The notes under the pieces: model-generated
Seen by the model: only the letters and a program-made list of their open reading frames with translations
What the model was told of the DNA's origin: nothing
Database searches by the model: none
In this document: in pieces, positions 12,328 to 20,833 of the stretch
Numbering within the stretch: the first letter of the stretch is position 1
How the letters are laid out: each line of letters starts with the position of its first letter
Assembly: GCA_963815195.1 (NCBI GenBank)
Contig: CAWFGE010000015.1
Span: 160,001-224,000 of the forward strand
Direction of reading: 5' to 3'
Source of the DNA: an uncultured Planctomycetaceae bacterium
GTDB lineage: Bacteria; Planctomycetota; Planctomycetia; Planctomycetales; Planctomycetaceae
DNA length: 64,000 nucleotides
Program-made: the position numbers and the translations under genes

Positions 12328-12355
12328 TTGAGTCGCCGTCGAACGCGGGTACAAT
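12328..12355 (+). promoter_or_regulatory. Putative sigma70 promoter with no protein gene directly downstream
   Basis: TTGAGT-16 nt-TACAAT. Confidence 0.5.
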
Positions 12356-12361
12356 AAAAAA

Positions 12362-12457
12362 ACACTCTCCCCGGCGCGCATCGCGATCGCCGAGGTAGGG
12401 GACAGGGTTGGCGAGTCTTGGCTTTGGTCGGTTGGAACTCGCCAATCCTGGTTTTTT
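12362..12457 (+). ncRNA. Candidate ~95-nt small RNA
   Basis: Lies between the promoter at 12328-12355 and a 14-bp hairpin plus T6; contains a second 5' hairpin; no family recognised. Confidence 0.4.
12403..12457 (+). terminator. Intrinsic terminator-like hairpin
   Basis: CAGGGTTGGCGAGT / ACTCGCCAATCCTG (one G-U pair) followed by GTTTTTT; loop is unusually long (20 nt). Confidence 0.55.
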
Positions 12458-12732
12458 ATTCCTCTTCAGGGAAATACGGGAGCACCGGCCAATCGCTGGC
12501 CCGCTCCGGAAAACGGTTACGGGGATTTTCTACAAAGGGTTTCCCGCCTTTCACAAAAAACAGTTCTGCACCAATCAAACCCGGATCCCCCCGAAAAGGA
12601 ATCGAAGATTTTTCCAAATTCCGAAATTTCCACAGGACCTTCGATCCGATACGTCCGCTTTCCCCAAACCTCAAACAATCCCCGGACGCCGTTTGTTGAA
12701 GTCGGATCCCGTTGCCGGCTCGCGGCACCTGG

Positions 12733-12825
12733 CTCCGCGGCACGTTTTGAATCCCTTCCCGCCGCCGCAATCGCACGGTTCATTGCGGCCGAACTTGGCG
12801 CATGGTATGGCGAATTGGTGTCGAA
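12733..12825 (-). pseudogene. Degenerate SEC-C zinc-motif remnant
   Basis: TPIRHTMRQV / (+1) GRNEPCDCGGGKGFKTCRG resembles the SEC-C consensus GRNDPCPCGSGKKYKKCCG. Confidence 0.55.
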
Positions 12826-13365
12826 CGCTTGCAGAGGGCGTCCTCGAACGGGCCGGCATCCCGCTCATCATCCCCGGGCGTCATCGCGATCACCTGATCC
12901 AGTTCGGCGTCCGGCCCGCCTTTTCCCTGATCCTGTCTTTTATCACCAGGCTCATGTGCTGCGTCCCCGCTGATCCGGTCCCACGCTCCAATCAAAACCA
13001 GAAGGCACATTCGCCTGGCCAACGCAGCGCCGATTGACTTTTCACGACGGGAAGAATTCGGACCTGCGCGCAATGTCATTCGCCCTTGCCGGCCTCGGGA
13101 GATCTCAATGGCAACGGCTCGGCGGTTTCCCGATTGCGGCCCGCGTCCGACTCGACTTAATCTACTCCCTTTTGGCGAAAAGCATTTATTAACAATAGTC
13201 CCTCCCATCGTCACGATGGCGGGATTCGCTTTCAATGCCCTGTCAGCCGGGCGAATTCGTTTTTCTCCCGGCACGGTTCACGAAACGCCTTTTCATCGAC
13301 GGGGCGTCATCTAGGTTTGTCTTAACCGTTTACTTTCCCTCTTTCTCTTGCGAAGAGTGCGCACC

Positions 13366-15714
13366 ATGAGAGTGTCCCTGAACCAGGTTCTCACGTCCTT
13401 TTCTCAACAATTCCGGAGCCACGCGTCACGGCGCCGCCGGGCGAACCCGTTTACGCGGACGGTCGAAATACTTGAAGAGCGAACATTACTGAGCGCCGTC
13501 GCAGATCCCGGGCTCGAAGGCGTGGATGCATTCGGAAACACGTATGATGCCCTCCCCGAGCTCCCGGACGAGTATGCCGCCGACTTGGGACCGGCGGACG
13601 GCACCGGCAATTTTGACGGCACCGGCACGATTGCAGACCTCTCGCAGACATTCTTCCTCAACAGCGACCCCGGAGCCGCCCAGACGATCTACCTGGATTT
13701 CAACGGCGAGGTGACTTCAGGCACAAGTTGGAACAGCGCGTTCACGGGTGGTGCCAACATCGTCACGCCCGCCTACAGCATGGACAGCGATCCGGCGTTC
13801 AGCAATACGGAGTTGGCGGCGATCCAAGGCATCTGGCAGCGCGTGGCGGAGGATTTCCTGCCCTTCGACGTGAACGTCACCACGCAGGACCCCGGATCCG
13901 CAGCCCTCGCGAAGAGCGGTTCAAGCGATGCCGCCTGGGGTGTGCGGGTGGTCATCGGCGGCGATGGGACCTGGTACGCTGCCAACGTCGGCGGCGTGGC
14001 CTATGTGGGGTCCTTCAATTGGAGCAGCGATACCCCGGCGTTCGTGTATGAAGACCACCTCGGCAACGGGGCCGAGAAATACACCGCCGAAGCCATCAGC
14101 CACGAAGCCGGGCACACCTTGGGGTTGTCCCACGATGGCACCTCCACCACGGGCTACTACGCCGGCCAAGGCAGCGGCGAGACCGGTTGGGCCCCGATCA
14201 TGGGAGTGGGGTATTATCAGAACTTCACGCAGTGGAGCCAGGGCGAATACGCCGACGCCAACAACCATCAGGACGACCTGGCCATCATCACCTCGCAAAA
14301 TGGATTCGGCTACCGATCCGACGATGCGGGCAACACGGCGGGCACCGCGGCGGTGCTGTTTTCCTCAAGCGGAATCGTTTCGGATTCCGGGATCATCGAA
14401 CGCCGCTCGGACGTGGACGTTTTCGCGTTCAACACCGGTGCCGGCACGATCAATCTGCAAGGCCTGGTCGCCGGCCGCGGGGCCGACCTCGACCTGCTGC
14501 TGGAACTTTACGATGCGGGCGGCCGTCTGGTCGCGTCCGCCAATCCGGCCGATCAACTCAGCGCGAGTTTGAGCGCGACGGTCGGCGCGGGGACTTATTA
14601 TCTTTCCGTCAGCGGCGTCGGGAAAGGCGATCCGTTGACCACCGGCTACAGCGATTATGCGAGCATCGGTTCCTATCGGCTCACGGGCAGCATCATCGAA
14701 ACCAACCAAACCTTTCCCGCCTATCTGTCTCTCTCCGCCGCCAATGCCGACCGCAGCGAAGGCGATTCCGGTTCCACGGCTTTTACCTTCACCGTGACCC
14801 GCACCGGCGACACATCGAGCGCGGTCAGCGTGAATTATGCGCTGACAAGCTCCCAGGCCGACGCCAACGATTTCGTCGGCGGCTTGCCCGCCGGGACTCT
14901 AAACTTTGCCGCGGGTGAAACCAGCAAGACGATCACGATTTTGGTGGCGGGCGATCTGGCGATCGAAAGCGACGAGTCGTTCACCCTCTCGCTGGCGAAC
15001 GCGTCCTCTGGCGCCGAGATCACCACGGGCACGGCCGTCGGCACCATTCGCAACGACGACCACCCGGGCATTCTCGTCAGCCCCACCAGCGGCTTGACGA
15101 CGAGCGAATCCGGCGGGACCGCCTCATTCACGGTGGTCCTTACCTCCGCTCCCACGGCCGACGTGGTGATCAACGTCGCCTCGCTAAACACGGCGGAAGG
15201 CGTGGTCAATGTCAGCCAACTGCGGTTCACCTCCGCCAACTGGAACATCGCGCAAACGGTGGTCGTCACCGGCGTGGACGACGCCGTCCGCGATGGAAAC
15301 CAAAGCTACACCGTCGTCCTCAGCCCCGCGCAAAGCAGCGATCCCAGTTACAACGGAGTCGATCCCGCGGACGTGCAACTCGTGAATCAGGACAACGACA
15401 AGCGCGGTGGACATGGCGGCGGAGGAGGCGGCAACACGACAGGCGGCGGGAAAGGAAATCTGAAAAAGTCTCCCGCCGCTGCCGATTCTTTGGACGACGG
15501 AACCGACGGCGAACCGGTTTTGGGCCAGGTCTTGACCCCCCAAAGCCCGACCCCGGTGACGGAATCTCAGAGCACAGTTCAGGGAACGGAGCATTCCAAA
15601 ACAGCCTCCGCCAAATCCGGTCATTCCCAGGTCGCTTCACAACACGAAACGTCCAATGGCCATTTGGACCGGTTATTTACCCAATTCGGCCCGCTGTTGG
15701 GGGAACTCCTGTAA
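13366..15714 (+). CDS. Secreted metzincin zinc metalloprotease with PPC and Calx-beta domains
   Basis: Planctomycete export leader RRRRANP...VEILEERTLLS; HEAGHTLGLSH; Met-turn APIMG; DVDVFAF...GTYYLSVSG; GTLNFAAGETSKTITI..GD...ESDESFTL. Confidence 0.88.
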   Translation: MRVSLNQVLTSFSQQFRSHASRRRRANPFTRTVEILEERTLLSAVADPGLEGVDAFGNTYDALPELPDEYAADLGPADGTGNFDGTGTIADLSQTFFLNSDPGAAQTIYLDFNGEVTSGTSWNSAFTGGANIVTPAYSMDSDPAFSNTELAAIQGIWQRVAEDFLPFDVNVTTQDPGSAALAKSGSSDAAWGVRVVIGGDGTWYAANVGGVAYVGSFNWSSDTPAFVYEDHLGNGAEKYTAEAISHEAGHTLGLSHDGTSTTGYYAGQGSGETGWAPIMGVGYYQNFTQWSQGEYADANNHQDDLAIITSQNGFGYRSDDAGNTAGTAAVLFSSSGIVSDSGIIERRSDVDVFAFNTGAGTINLQGLVAGRGADLDLLLELYDAGGRLVASANPADQLSASLSATVGAGTYYLSVSGVGKGDPLTTGYSDYASIGSYRLTGSIIETNQTFPAYLSLSAANADRSEGDSGSTAFTFTVTRTGDTSSAVSVNYALTSSQADANDFVGGLPAGTLNFAAGETSKTITILVAGDLAIESDESFTLSLANASSGAEITTGTAVGTIRNDDHPGILVSPTSGLTTSESGGTASFTVVLTSAPTADVVINVASLNTAEGVVNVSQLRFTSANWNIAQTVVVTGVDDAVRDGNQSYTVVLSPAQSSDPSYNGVDPADVQLVNQDNDKRGGHGGGGGGNTTGGGKGNLKKSPAAADSLDDGTDGEPVLGQVLTPQSPTPVTESQSTVQGTEHSKTASAKSGHSQVASQHETSNGHLDRLFTQFGPLLGELL

Positions 15715-15877
15715 CCGCCGCCGCCCCAAACTCAATGTTGCCTGAGCCACGCTTTCCGGTATTTCAGGGAACGGGAGTGAATCCTTTTGGCATCTCGGTG
15801 TTGCCGGGGAGTAGCGCAATTGCATCGGCCGAAGTGATCGCGTTGAGCGAATCTTGGCCGAAGGGCTGAGCCAGGTT

Positions 15878-16471
15878 TTACAAATTCTCGTTGGGAAAAT
15901 GGCGGCGGATTTCCGCGATCTGCCGGCGCACATGGCGTTCGGAACAGCCGAGTTTACGGGAGATATCGAGATTCGTGTAGCCCATCAATTTCCAAACCAC
16001 AATCTCGCGGTCGTCTTCCGGGATCGCCTCCAAAAGCTCCTCGATAACCAGGTCAAAAGCGTGAAACCCCATTTCTCCGATCTGGGAATCTAAGGCCCAA
16101 TCCCCTTGTGCGAACACAGCGCCGAGGTCCGTTTCGTTGAAGACTTTTCCTCCGCCCCGTTTTTGCCGAGACCGGTATTTGAGAAAATCCTTCGCTTGAC
16201 GGACGGTGATTTTTGCCAGGAACGCCCAGAGCCCGAACCGGTCCATATCGAAGGCGGCTTTGTCTTTGGTCGCTTTGGTCCAGAATTTGACGAGGGACTC
16301 TTGGGCCGCATCTTCCGCATCCTGGTAGCTGCCCAGAATCTTGTTGGCGACCCCGACAAGCCGCGGGAAAAACAAATCCCAAAACTCTTTCGTCTTCGCC
16401 TCATCGACATCGCAAACTCCCTGCAGCAGCAGGGTTACGGATCCCGGCGGATTGTGTTCTGTGGAATTCAT
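15878..16471 (-). CDS. Planctomycete-type ECF sigma factor
   Basis: GSVTLLL, FFPRLVGVA, DAEDAAQ, QKRGGG, C-terminal HTH GYTNLDISRKLGCSERHVRR. Confidence 0.88.
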   Translation of the reverse strand: MNSTEHNPPGSVTLLLQGVCDVDEAKTKEFWDLFFPRLVGVANKILGSYQDAEDAAQESLVKFWTKATKDKAAFDMDRFGLWAFLAKITVRQAKDFLKYRSRQKRGGGKVFNETDLGAVFAQGDWALDSQIGEMGFHAFDLVIEELLEAIPEDDREIVVWKLMGYTNLDISRKLGCSERHVRRQIAEIRRHFPNENL

Positions 16472-17020
16472 CGCCACAAATCTCCGAAACACGACAAATC
16501 TCCGAAATGGGTCAATGCCGATTCGCAACGAATCGAGGCGATCCGGGTTTTTCCAAAAAACACGTGGGATATTTGTCCGCCCGAACGCCCCATTCGTCGT
16601 TTATCCTAAAAACGCCGGCGAGTTTTTTCGGACATTCCCCGATCTGTGTTCCCAAAATAGCCAAGTCGCATTCCCACTTTCCCTTACCCTCGAACCAAAA
16701 CTTTCACACCGCAAGGCACCGCGCTCCTCGTATCGCTTTGATAGGTCCCGCCTCTCAACATCATACCAGTCTGCGGGACGGGAACGAATCTCGCGCCCGC
16801 AAAGATGCACGATGCGTCCCAAAGAATCCGTTTCGTGTGCTCAGTATTGCACGCCATTTTTGTCCACTGTCTCCTGATCTCTAAAAGCCCATTCGTTCCT
16901 CAGGATCCGCCGAACCGGTTTTGTCCGAAGGCACGAAAATCGCTCTCACTTGTTTCCCCCTCCCCGAACGAATCGACTGAATCTCAGAGCCTCCCCTCTT
17001 CTCTGTCCAGAGTGACATCC

Positions 17021-17792
17021 ATGACGCGACTCCTCTCACCCCCGGCTCGGGTAGCCGCTCATCGCGACTCCCCTGTCGAGTACCGGATTGCCAATTCGAA
17101 AAACGACCGGCTGGCGGCGTTTCGGCTGGTTTACGAACACTACGTCCAAACCGGTTTGATCGCTTCCAATTCATTTCGTTACCGCATCACGCCGTACCAC
17201 TTGCTTCCCGAGACGCAAATCTTCCTGGCCGTCCAAAATGAGCAACCGATGTGCACGGTCAGCCTCGTGTCCGACAGAGCCTTCGGGCTGCCGATGGAAA
17301 GCATCTACCACGAAGAGGTCGCCACTTCGCGGGGCCAAAATCGGCGTGTGGGGGAAGTGTCTTGCCTTGCGGGCTGCCCGGGGAACTTTCGCAGCTTTCT
17401 GCCGATGTTCGTCCAACTTACGCGGCTGATGGCCCAGTACGCGCAAGAACGGCATGCACCAGTTTCTGATCGCCGTGCACCCCAAACACGCCGGGTTCTA
17501 CCAGCGGTTCATGGGTTTCGAGCAGATCGGCCCGATTCGCCAATACCCATCGGTGCAAAATGCGCCCGCGGTGGCCTGCTGCTTGGACTTTGAACGGATC
17601 GACCGAGAACGCCCCAAATGCTGGTATGATTTTTTTGGTACGCCGATTCCGAACTCGCGGCTGCAAACGTCGCCCTTGACCCACGAAGAGTTCGAGGTTT
17701 ATCAGCAGATCGTGGCAGCCGATCGTTCCCCGGAACGCGAAGACCATGAGGCATCGTGGCTCGACCGCCTGGTTTGTTCCAAACCGCGATGA
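17021..17792 (+). CDS. FeeM-like N-acyl amino acid synthase (GNAT fold); frameshift at ~17450
   Basis: AFRLVYEHYVQTG, TVSLVSD..GLPMESIY, GEVSCLA, IAVHPKHAGFYQRFMGF, NAPAV. Confidence 0.78.
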
Positions 17793-17936
17793 GCGGGTTT
17801 TGCCAGGCCGTCGGCCAATCCCAATCGGCCATCTCCAGGTTCATTTTTGCCCCGATTTTCGGGTGGGACGGTTTGAAAACGCCCGGCGGGAAAATCCCGC
17901 CAGACTTGAAGTTTCTTTTGCATCCCTCGACGGGGA

Positions 17937-18125
17937 TTACGGAGACTGTGACTTGAGCGAGGCCACCAACGCCGCCAGCGTGGTGAGCGTGGTCATCAAG
18001 CAGGGACGGACCCGCTTGAGGCCGGCTTCGTAAATCGCCTCGCGCAAGTCGTCCACCGTCTGAATCTGCCGGCGTTTGAGCACCTGGCGGATGTAGGTCG
18101 CCATTACCACGCCGTCATCGACGGC
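17937..18125 (-). pseudogene. Fragment of a CusA/CzcA heavy-metal RND efflux pump (C-terminal TM region)
   Basis: Hand translation AVDDGVVMATYIRQ...EAIYEAGLKRVRPCLMTTLTTLAALV; no start codon; absent from the ORF track. Confidence 0.8.
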
Positions 18126-18167
18126 CGGTTGAGCGCCCTGTTAGGCCCGACAACGCCTTGGTTAAGC
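18125..18167 (-). mobile_element. Two truncated attC left ends (R''-spacer-L'')
   Basis: Minus strand: GCTTAAC-caaggc-GTTG (18167-18151) and GCCTAAC-agggc-GCTCAACC (18146-18127); both match RYYYAAC. Confidence 0.6.
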
Positions 18168-18195
18168 ACGCAATGCCGCGAGTCGATCAGACTGG

Positions 18196-18594
18196 CTACA
18201 TGCTGAGACCGTCGAACTGTCCGATGTACCAAAGTTCGTAACCATCCCCCTGCACGGATTTCGGCTCGGTGAACTCGTCCTTGTCAGCCACGAAGCAAGT
18301 GTTCGCGTCCTTCGCGTTTAAACGCCCGATCACGTTCAGTACGGCTTCGATTGCGTCATCGGGAAACCCCCAGCCTTCGATCAAAGTTCGTGCATCGGGT
18401 TGAGCGTGAAACTGTGCGTAAACCATGTCATGGTCGTAGAACTGCTCACCCTGATCCGCCGCGAACCGGCTGATCGGCGGCTCTTCAACGTCCTCGGAAT
18501 CGTCGTTTTCGTCGGCGAACGTCTCCTCCATATACTCGTCGAGATCGTCCTCCGATGCGAAGCGAGCGATCCAGACATGGGCGTCCTTAATCAA
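18196..18594 (-). CDS. Immunity-22 (Imm22/DUF4284)-like protein in gene-cassette configuration
   Basis: Acidic 132 aa: HVWIARFASEDDLDEYMEE...PISRFAADQGEQFYDHD...LWYIGQF; GTTAGGC core site, AAGGAG SD and TTG start all within ~30 nt. Confidence 0.72.
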   Translation of the reverse strand: MIKDAHVWIARFASEDDLDEYMEETFADENDDSEDVEEPPISRFAADQGEQFYDHDMVYAQFHAQPDARTLIEGWGFPDDAIEAVLNVIGRLNAKDANTCFVADKDEFTEPKSVQGDGYELWYIGQFDGLSM

Positions 18595-18619
18595 CGCTTT
18601 CTCCTTTTAAAAAATTGCC

Positions 18620-18703
18620 GCCTAACGTTCAAGTTCACGCGGCGGGCGCGTTTGACGTTGATTTCAAAACGGACGTTGCCGCCCGCTCGCGTGCAACGCC
18701 TTG
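18620..18703 (-). mobile_element. Integron attC site missing the outer 6 nt of R''
   Basis: Minus strand C-aaggc-GTTGCACG(cgAgcgggcg...cgcccgccg)CGTGAAC-ttgaac-GTTAGGC; 5- and 6-nt spacers and two extrahelical bases on the R'' arm. Confidence 0.72.
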
Positions 18704-18855
18704 CCCGCCGGGTGCCACGGGCAGCTTGCCTGCCCGTGTTCTTGATACCATGAAGCTTTGATTCTCGCAACTCGCACTGGCAACAAGTTGCCAGTGGCAC
18801 TCGAAAAGGGACGACTTTGGATTACGCTTTTACTTTGCCAGCGCCACCCCGCCCG
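18704..18855. repeat. REP-like cluster (family E)
   Basis: CCCGCCGGGTGCCACGGGC...; GCACTGGCAACAAGTTGCCAGTGGCAC (18774-18800, identical to 19576-19602); TTTGCCAGCGCCACCCCG. Confidence 0.8.
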
Positions 18856-18858
18856 AAT

Positions 18859-19320
18859 TCAGTCGGATTCTTGAACCTTCTTCAGTTCGTGCAAGTCGGC
18901 CAAGTCCTGCGGACGGCCGGCTGCGGTTTTTGCGCGGATTAAATCGCTTAAGCTGAGAAAGTTTGCCGGCTCATCTCCGAAAGACGCTTCGACACGCCTT
19001 TTCCATAACGTGGAAAACTTGGCACAACCGAGCAGGCTCGTCAATAAATCGATTCTTACTGGAGCAACTCCCAATTGAATGACCCAATCCGGTTCCAAAA
19101 CATCGTCGACACCGTAACCCAAATCCACACCGCCGAAAAACGATCGGACCGCGTCCAGCACCCGGCGGGCGTTTCTCGGCTTTGCATCGATCAGAATATC
19201 CAGATCCTTAGTCGCTCTGGGGCGGGCGTGATGAGCGAGCGCGTGTGCTCCCACGACCAGATACTTGACTCCATGGGCATTTAACTCGGCGATGAACTCT
19301 TCGAAATCGGGGTACGCCAT
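18859..19320 (-). CDS. Nucleotidyltransferase (DUF6036/AbiEii-like), putative TA component
   Basis: YLVVGAHALAHHARPRATKDLDILI, RIDLLT, GRPQDLADLHEL. Confidence 0.8.
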   Translation of the reverse strand: MAYPDFEEFIAELNAHGVKYLVVGAHALAHHARPRATKDLDILIDAKPRNARRVLDAVRSFFGGVDLGYGVDDVLEPDWVIQLGVAPVRIDLLTSLLGCAKFSTLWKRRVEASFGDEPANFLSLSDLIRAKTAAGRPQDLADLHELKKVQESD

Positions 19321-19498
19321 GGATGCCTTTGGCTTTCAGGCTCGATTCCAACGCCTCATAAACGGCCAACACCCGCTCCGCGGGCGTCATGCCGTGATAC
19401 CAGAACTCAAAGTCCGCCTCCTCGGCTTCGCTTTGGTGAACCCTTTGAATGGTCCAAACCCGCCCGCGGGCATCTTTGACTTGCCGTCGCTTTTGCAT
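19208..19498 (-). CDS. Small partner protein upstream of the nucleotidyltransferase
   Basis: EEADFEFWYHGMTPAERVLAVYE motif; overlaps the start of the downstream gene. Confidence 0.6.
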   Translation of the reverse strand: MQKRRQVKDARGRVWTIQRVHQSEAEEADFEFWYHGMTPAERVLAVYEALESSLKAKGIHGVPRFRRVHRRVKCPWSQVSGRGSTRARSSRPPQSD

Positions 19499-19575
19499 CT
19501 CGCCCTTGCCCCTTGGTGAAGCGGATCATTGACGACCCAAAGTATAATGGATCGAGCTTCGTCCGTCGCTGGAAA

Positions 19576-19610
19576 GCACTGGCAACAAGTTGCCAGTGGC
19601 ACCCGGCGGG
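19576..19610. repeat. REP-like element (family E)
   Basis: GCACTGGCAACAAGTTGCCAGTGGCACCCGGCGGG; the last 15 nt are the exact reverse complement of 18704-18718. Confidence 0.8.
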
Positions 19611-19793
19611 TGTGCGTGTTAATAATCGAACATCTGGCCAGCCACGCCCCCCATTTTCCAGTAATTGAGGGGTCAGCACGCCCCAATGTCCCATCACCCC
19701 GAACGAACTCTGAGTTCGGGTGTGGGACAGGGGGGCTGGGGGTGCGACATGGGCATTTGGCAACATTCTGCATATAGGGGGGTGCCAGTAGAT

Positions 19794-19860
19794 GTAGGGC
19801 AGGCTCCGGCCTGCCGATTTGTTGTGACGTTTAATAATGGCAGGCGGGAGCCTGCCCTAC
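19794..19860. repeat. GTAG-type REP inverted pair (family D)
   Basis: GTAGGGCAGGCTCCGGCCTGCC / GGCAGGCGGGAGCCTGCCCTAC. Confidence 0.82.
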
Positions 19861-19861
19861 T

Positions 19862-19939
19862 CGGCTGCTCGTAATGGTAGTCCAGTTGCGGGGTGCCGAA
19901 CTCGTCGGTCTCGTGCAGCAGCTTTTTTCTGTCCCATAC
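19862..19939 (-). pseudogene. RHS/YD-repeat fragment
   Basis: In-frame hand translation VWDRKKLLHETDEFGTPQLDYHYEQP fits the RHS-core pattern WD-x3-(I/L)L-x-ETD-x2-G-x5-Y. Confidence 0.55.
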
Positions 19940-19966
19940 GTTGCCGAGTCACTCGTGCAAGGCTGT

Positions 19967-20311
19967 TTACTCGTGCAGCCTCGGATCCCGTTCCAGCAAA
20001 TTGCATAGTTTTTCTAGTTGGGACACATAGCCGGGAAAGAATTCTGGCCGTGCAAACGCACCCGCTCCTTGGTCACGGATCAGTTGAAGAGAGTGTTTTG
20101 CTGCCTTGTGTATAAGCATGACGCTTAAAGAGTCCCTTTGGCGTAGGTCGAAGTAGCCCATCGATGTCGAAGTTCTGGCATCTAATAACTCTTGCGCTAA
20201 TTCTGAATTGTCAAGTGCAATATGCCGCGCCATTTCTTCCATTGCATTGTCGAATACCCATGACGCCGGAAGCCAGTCATCCGTTTCATTGATTACAAAT
20301 GTACCTGCCAT
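19967..20311 (-). CDS. Hypothetical protein, candidate immunity protein
   Basis: 114 aa, AT-richer; GAGGTGGAG SD; starts 32 nt after the stop of a toxin-like tail. Confidence 0.65.
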   Translation of the reverse strand: MAGTFVINETDDWLPASWVFDNAMEEMARHIALDNSELAQELLDARTSTSMGYFDLRQRDSLSVMLIHKAAKHSLQLIRDQGAGAFARPEFFPGYVSQLEKLCNLLERDPRLHE

Positions 20312-20343
20312 AGCTCCACCTCACAAAGTTACTAAACATCACG

Positions 20344-20457
20344 TTACGGTTGGACGATCACCTTGCTTTTCAAGTTTGCGGGCATGTTATTCACGAATTG
20401 ACGAACGGTTGCTTGTTGCGCTGGTGTCAGATTCCTCAGATCCACGACTGCAAAATC
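20344..20457 (-). pseudogene. C-terminal tail of a putative polymorphic toxin (nuclease-like)
   Basis: DFAVVDLRNLTPAQQATVRQFVNNMPANLKSKVIVQP*; cut at the 5' end by the repeat at 20458. Confidence 0.45.
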
Positions 20458-20808
20458 CGGCGGGGTGGCACTGGCGGAGCTTGTGTGCCACTGGCTCCGC
20501 CAGTGCCTCGGCGAATGCTTTGTGCGACTGAGCCTTGTTGATTTCTTGTTTTTAACAACAGCCGACGATGTTCCGAAGCGGAATTCGATCCCAGCCGGCC
20601 TTCGTCTCAACGATTGTCTCAAAACCGCACTGGCAGAGCCAGTGGCACACACACCTGATCCGTTTCACACCATTTTGCCAGTGCCACCCCGGCGGAATTC
20701 GATCCCAGCCGGCCTTCGTCTCAACGATTGTCTCAAAACCGCACTGGCAGAGCCAGTGGCACACACACCTGATCCGTTTCACACCATTTTGCCAGTGCCA
20801 CCCCGCCG
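20458..20808. mobile_element. REPIN/MITE-like element with 18-bp terminal inverted repeats and an internal perfect 114-bp tandem duplication
   Basis: CGGCGGGGTGGCACTGGC (20458-20475) / GCCAGTGCCACCCCGCCG (20791-20808); 20578-20691 is identical to 20692-20805. Confidence 0.75.
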
Positions 20809-20833
20809 ATGCAGAAGCTGTTCTAACGCCGTT

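Noticed and set aside
15800..15875. GGGGAGTAGC resembling the start of a yybP-ykoY Mn riboswitch
   Set aside because: The downstream conserved elements are missing and the site lies between convergent genes, far from mntH
19680..19730. Imperfect hairpin TGTCCC...CCGAAC...GTTCGG...GGGACA as an RNA gene or attC
   Set aside because: No tRNA cloverleaf and no RYYYAAC/GTTRRRY ends; probably a decayed repeat
20578..20805. Repeats as a CRISPR array
   Set aside because: Two identical 114-bp units with no unique spacers and no cas genes
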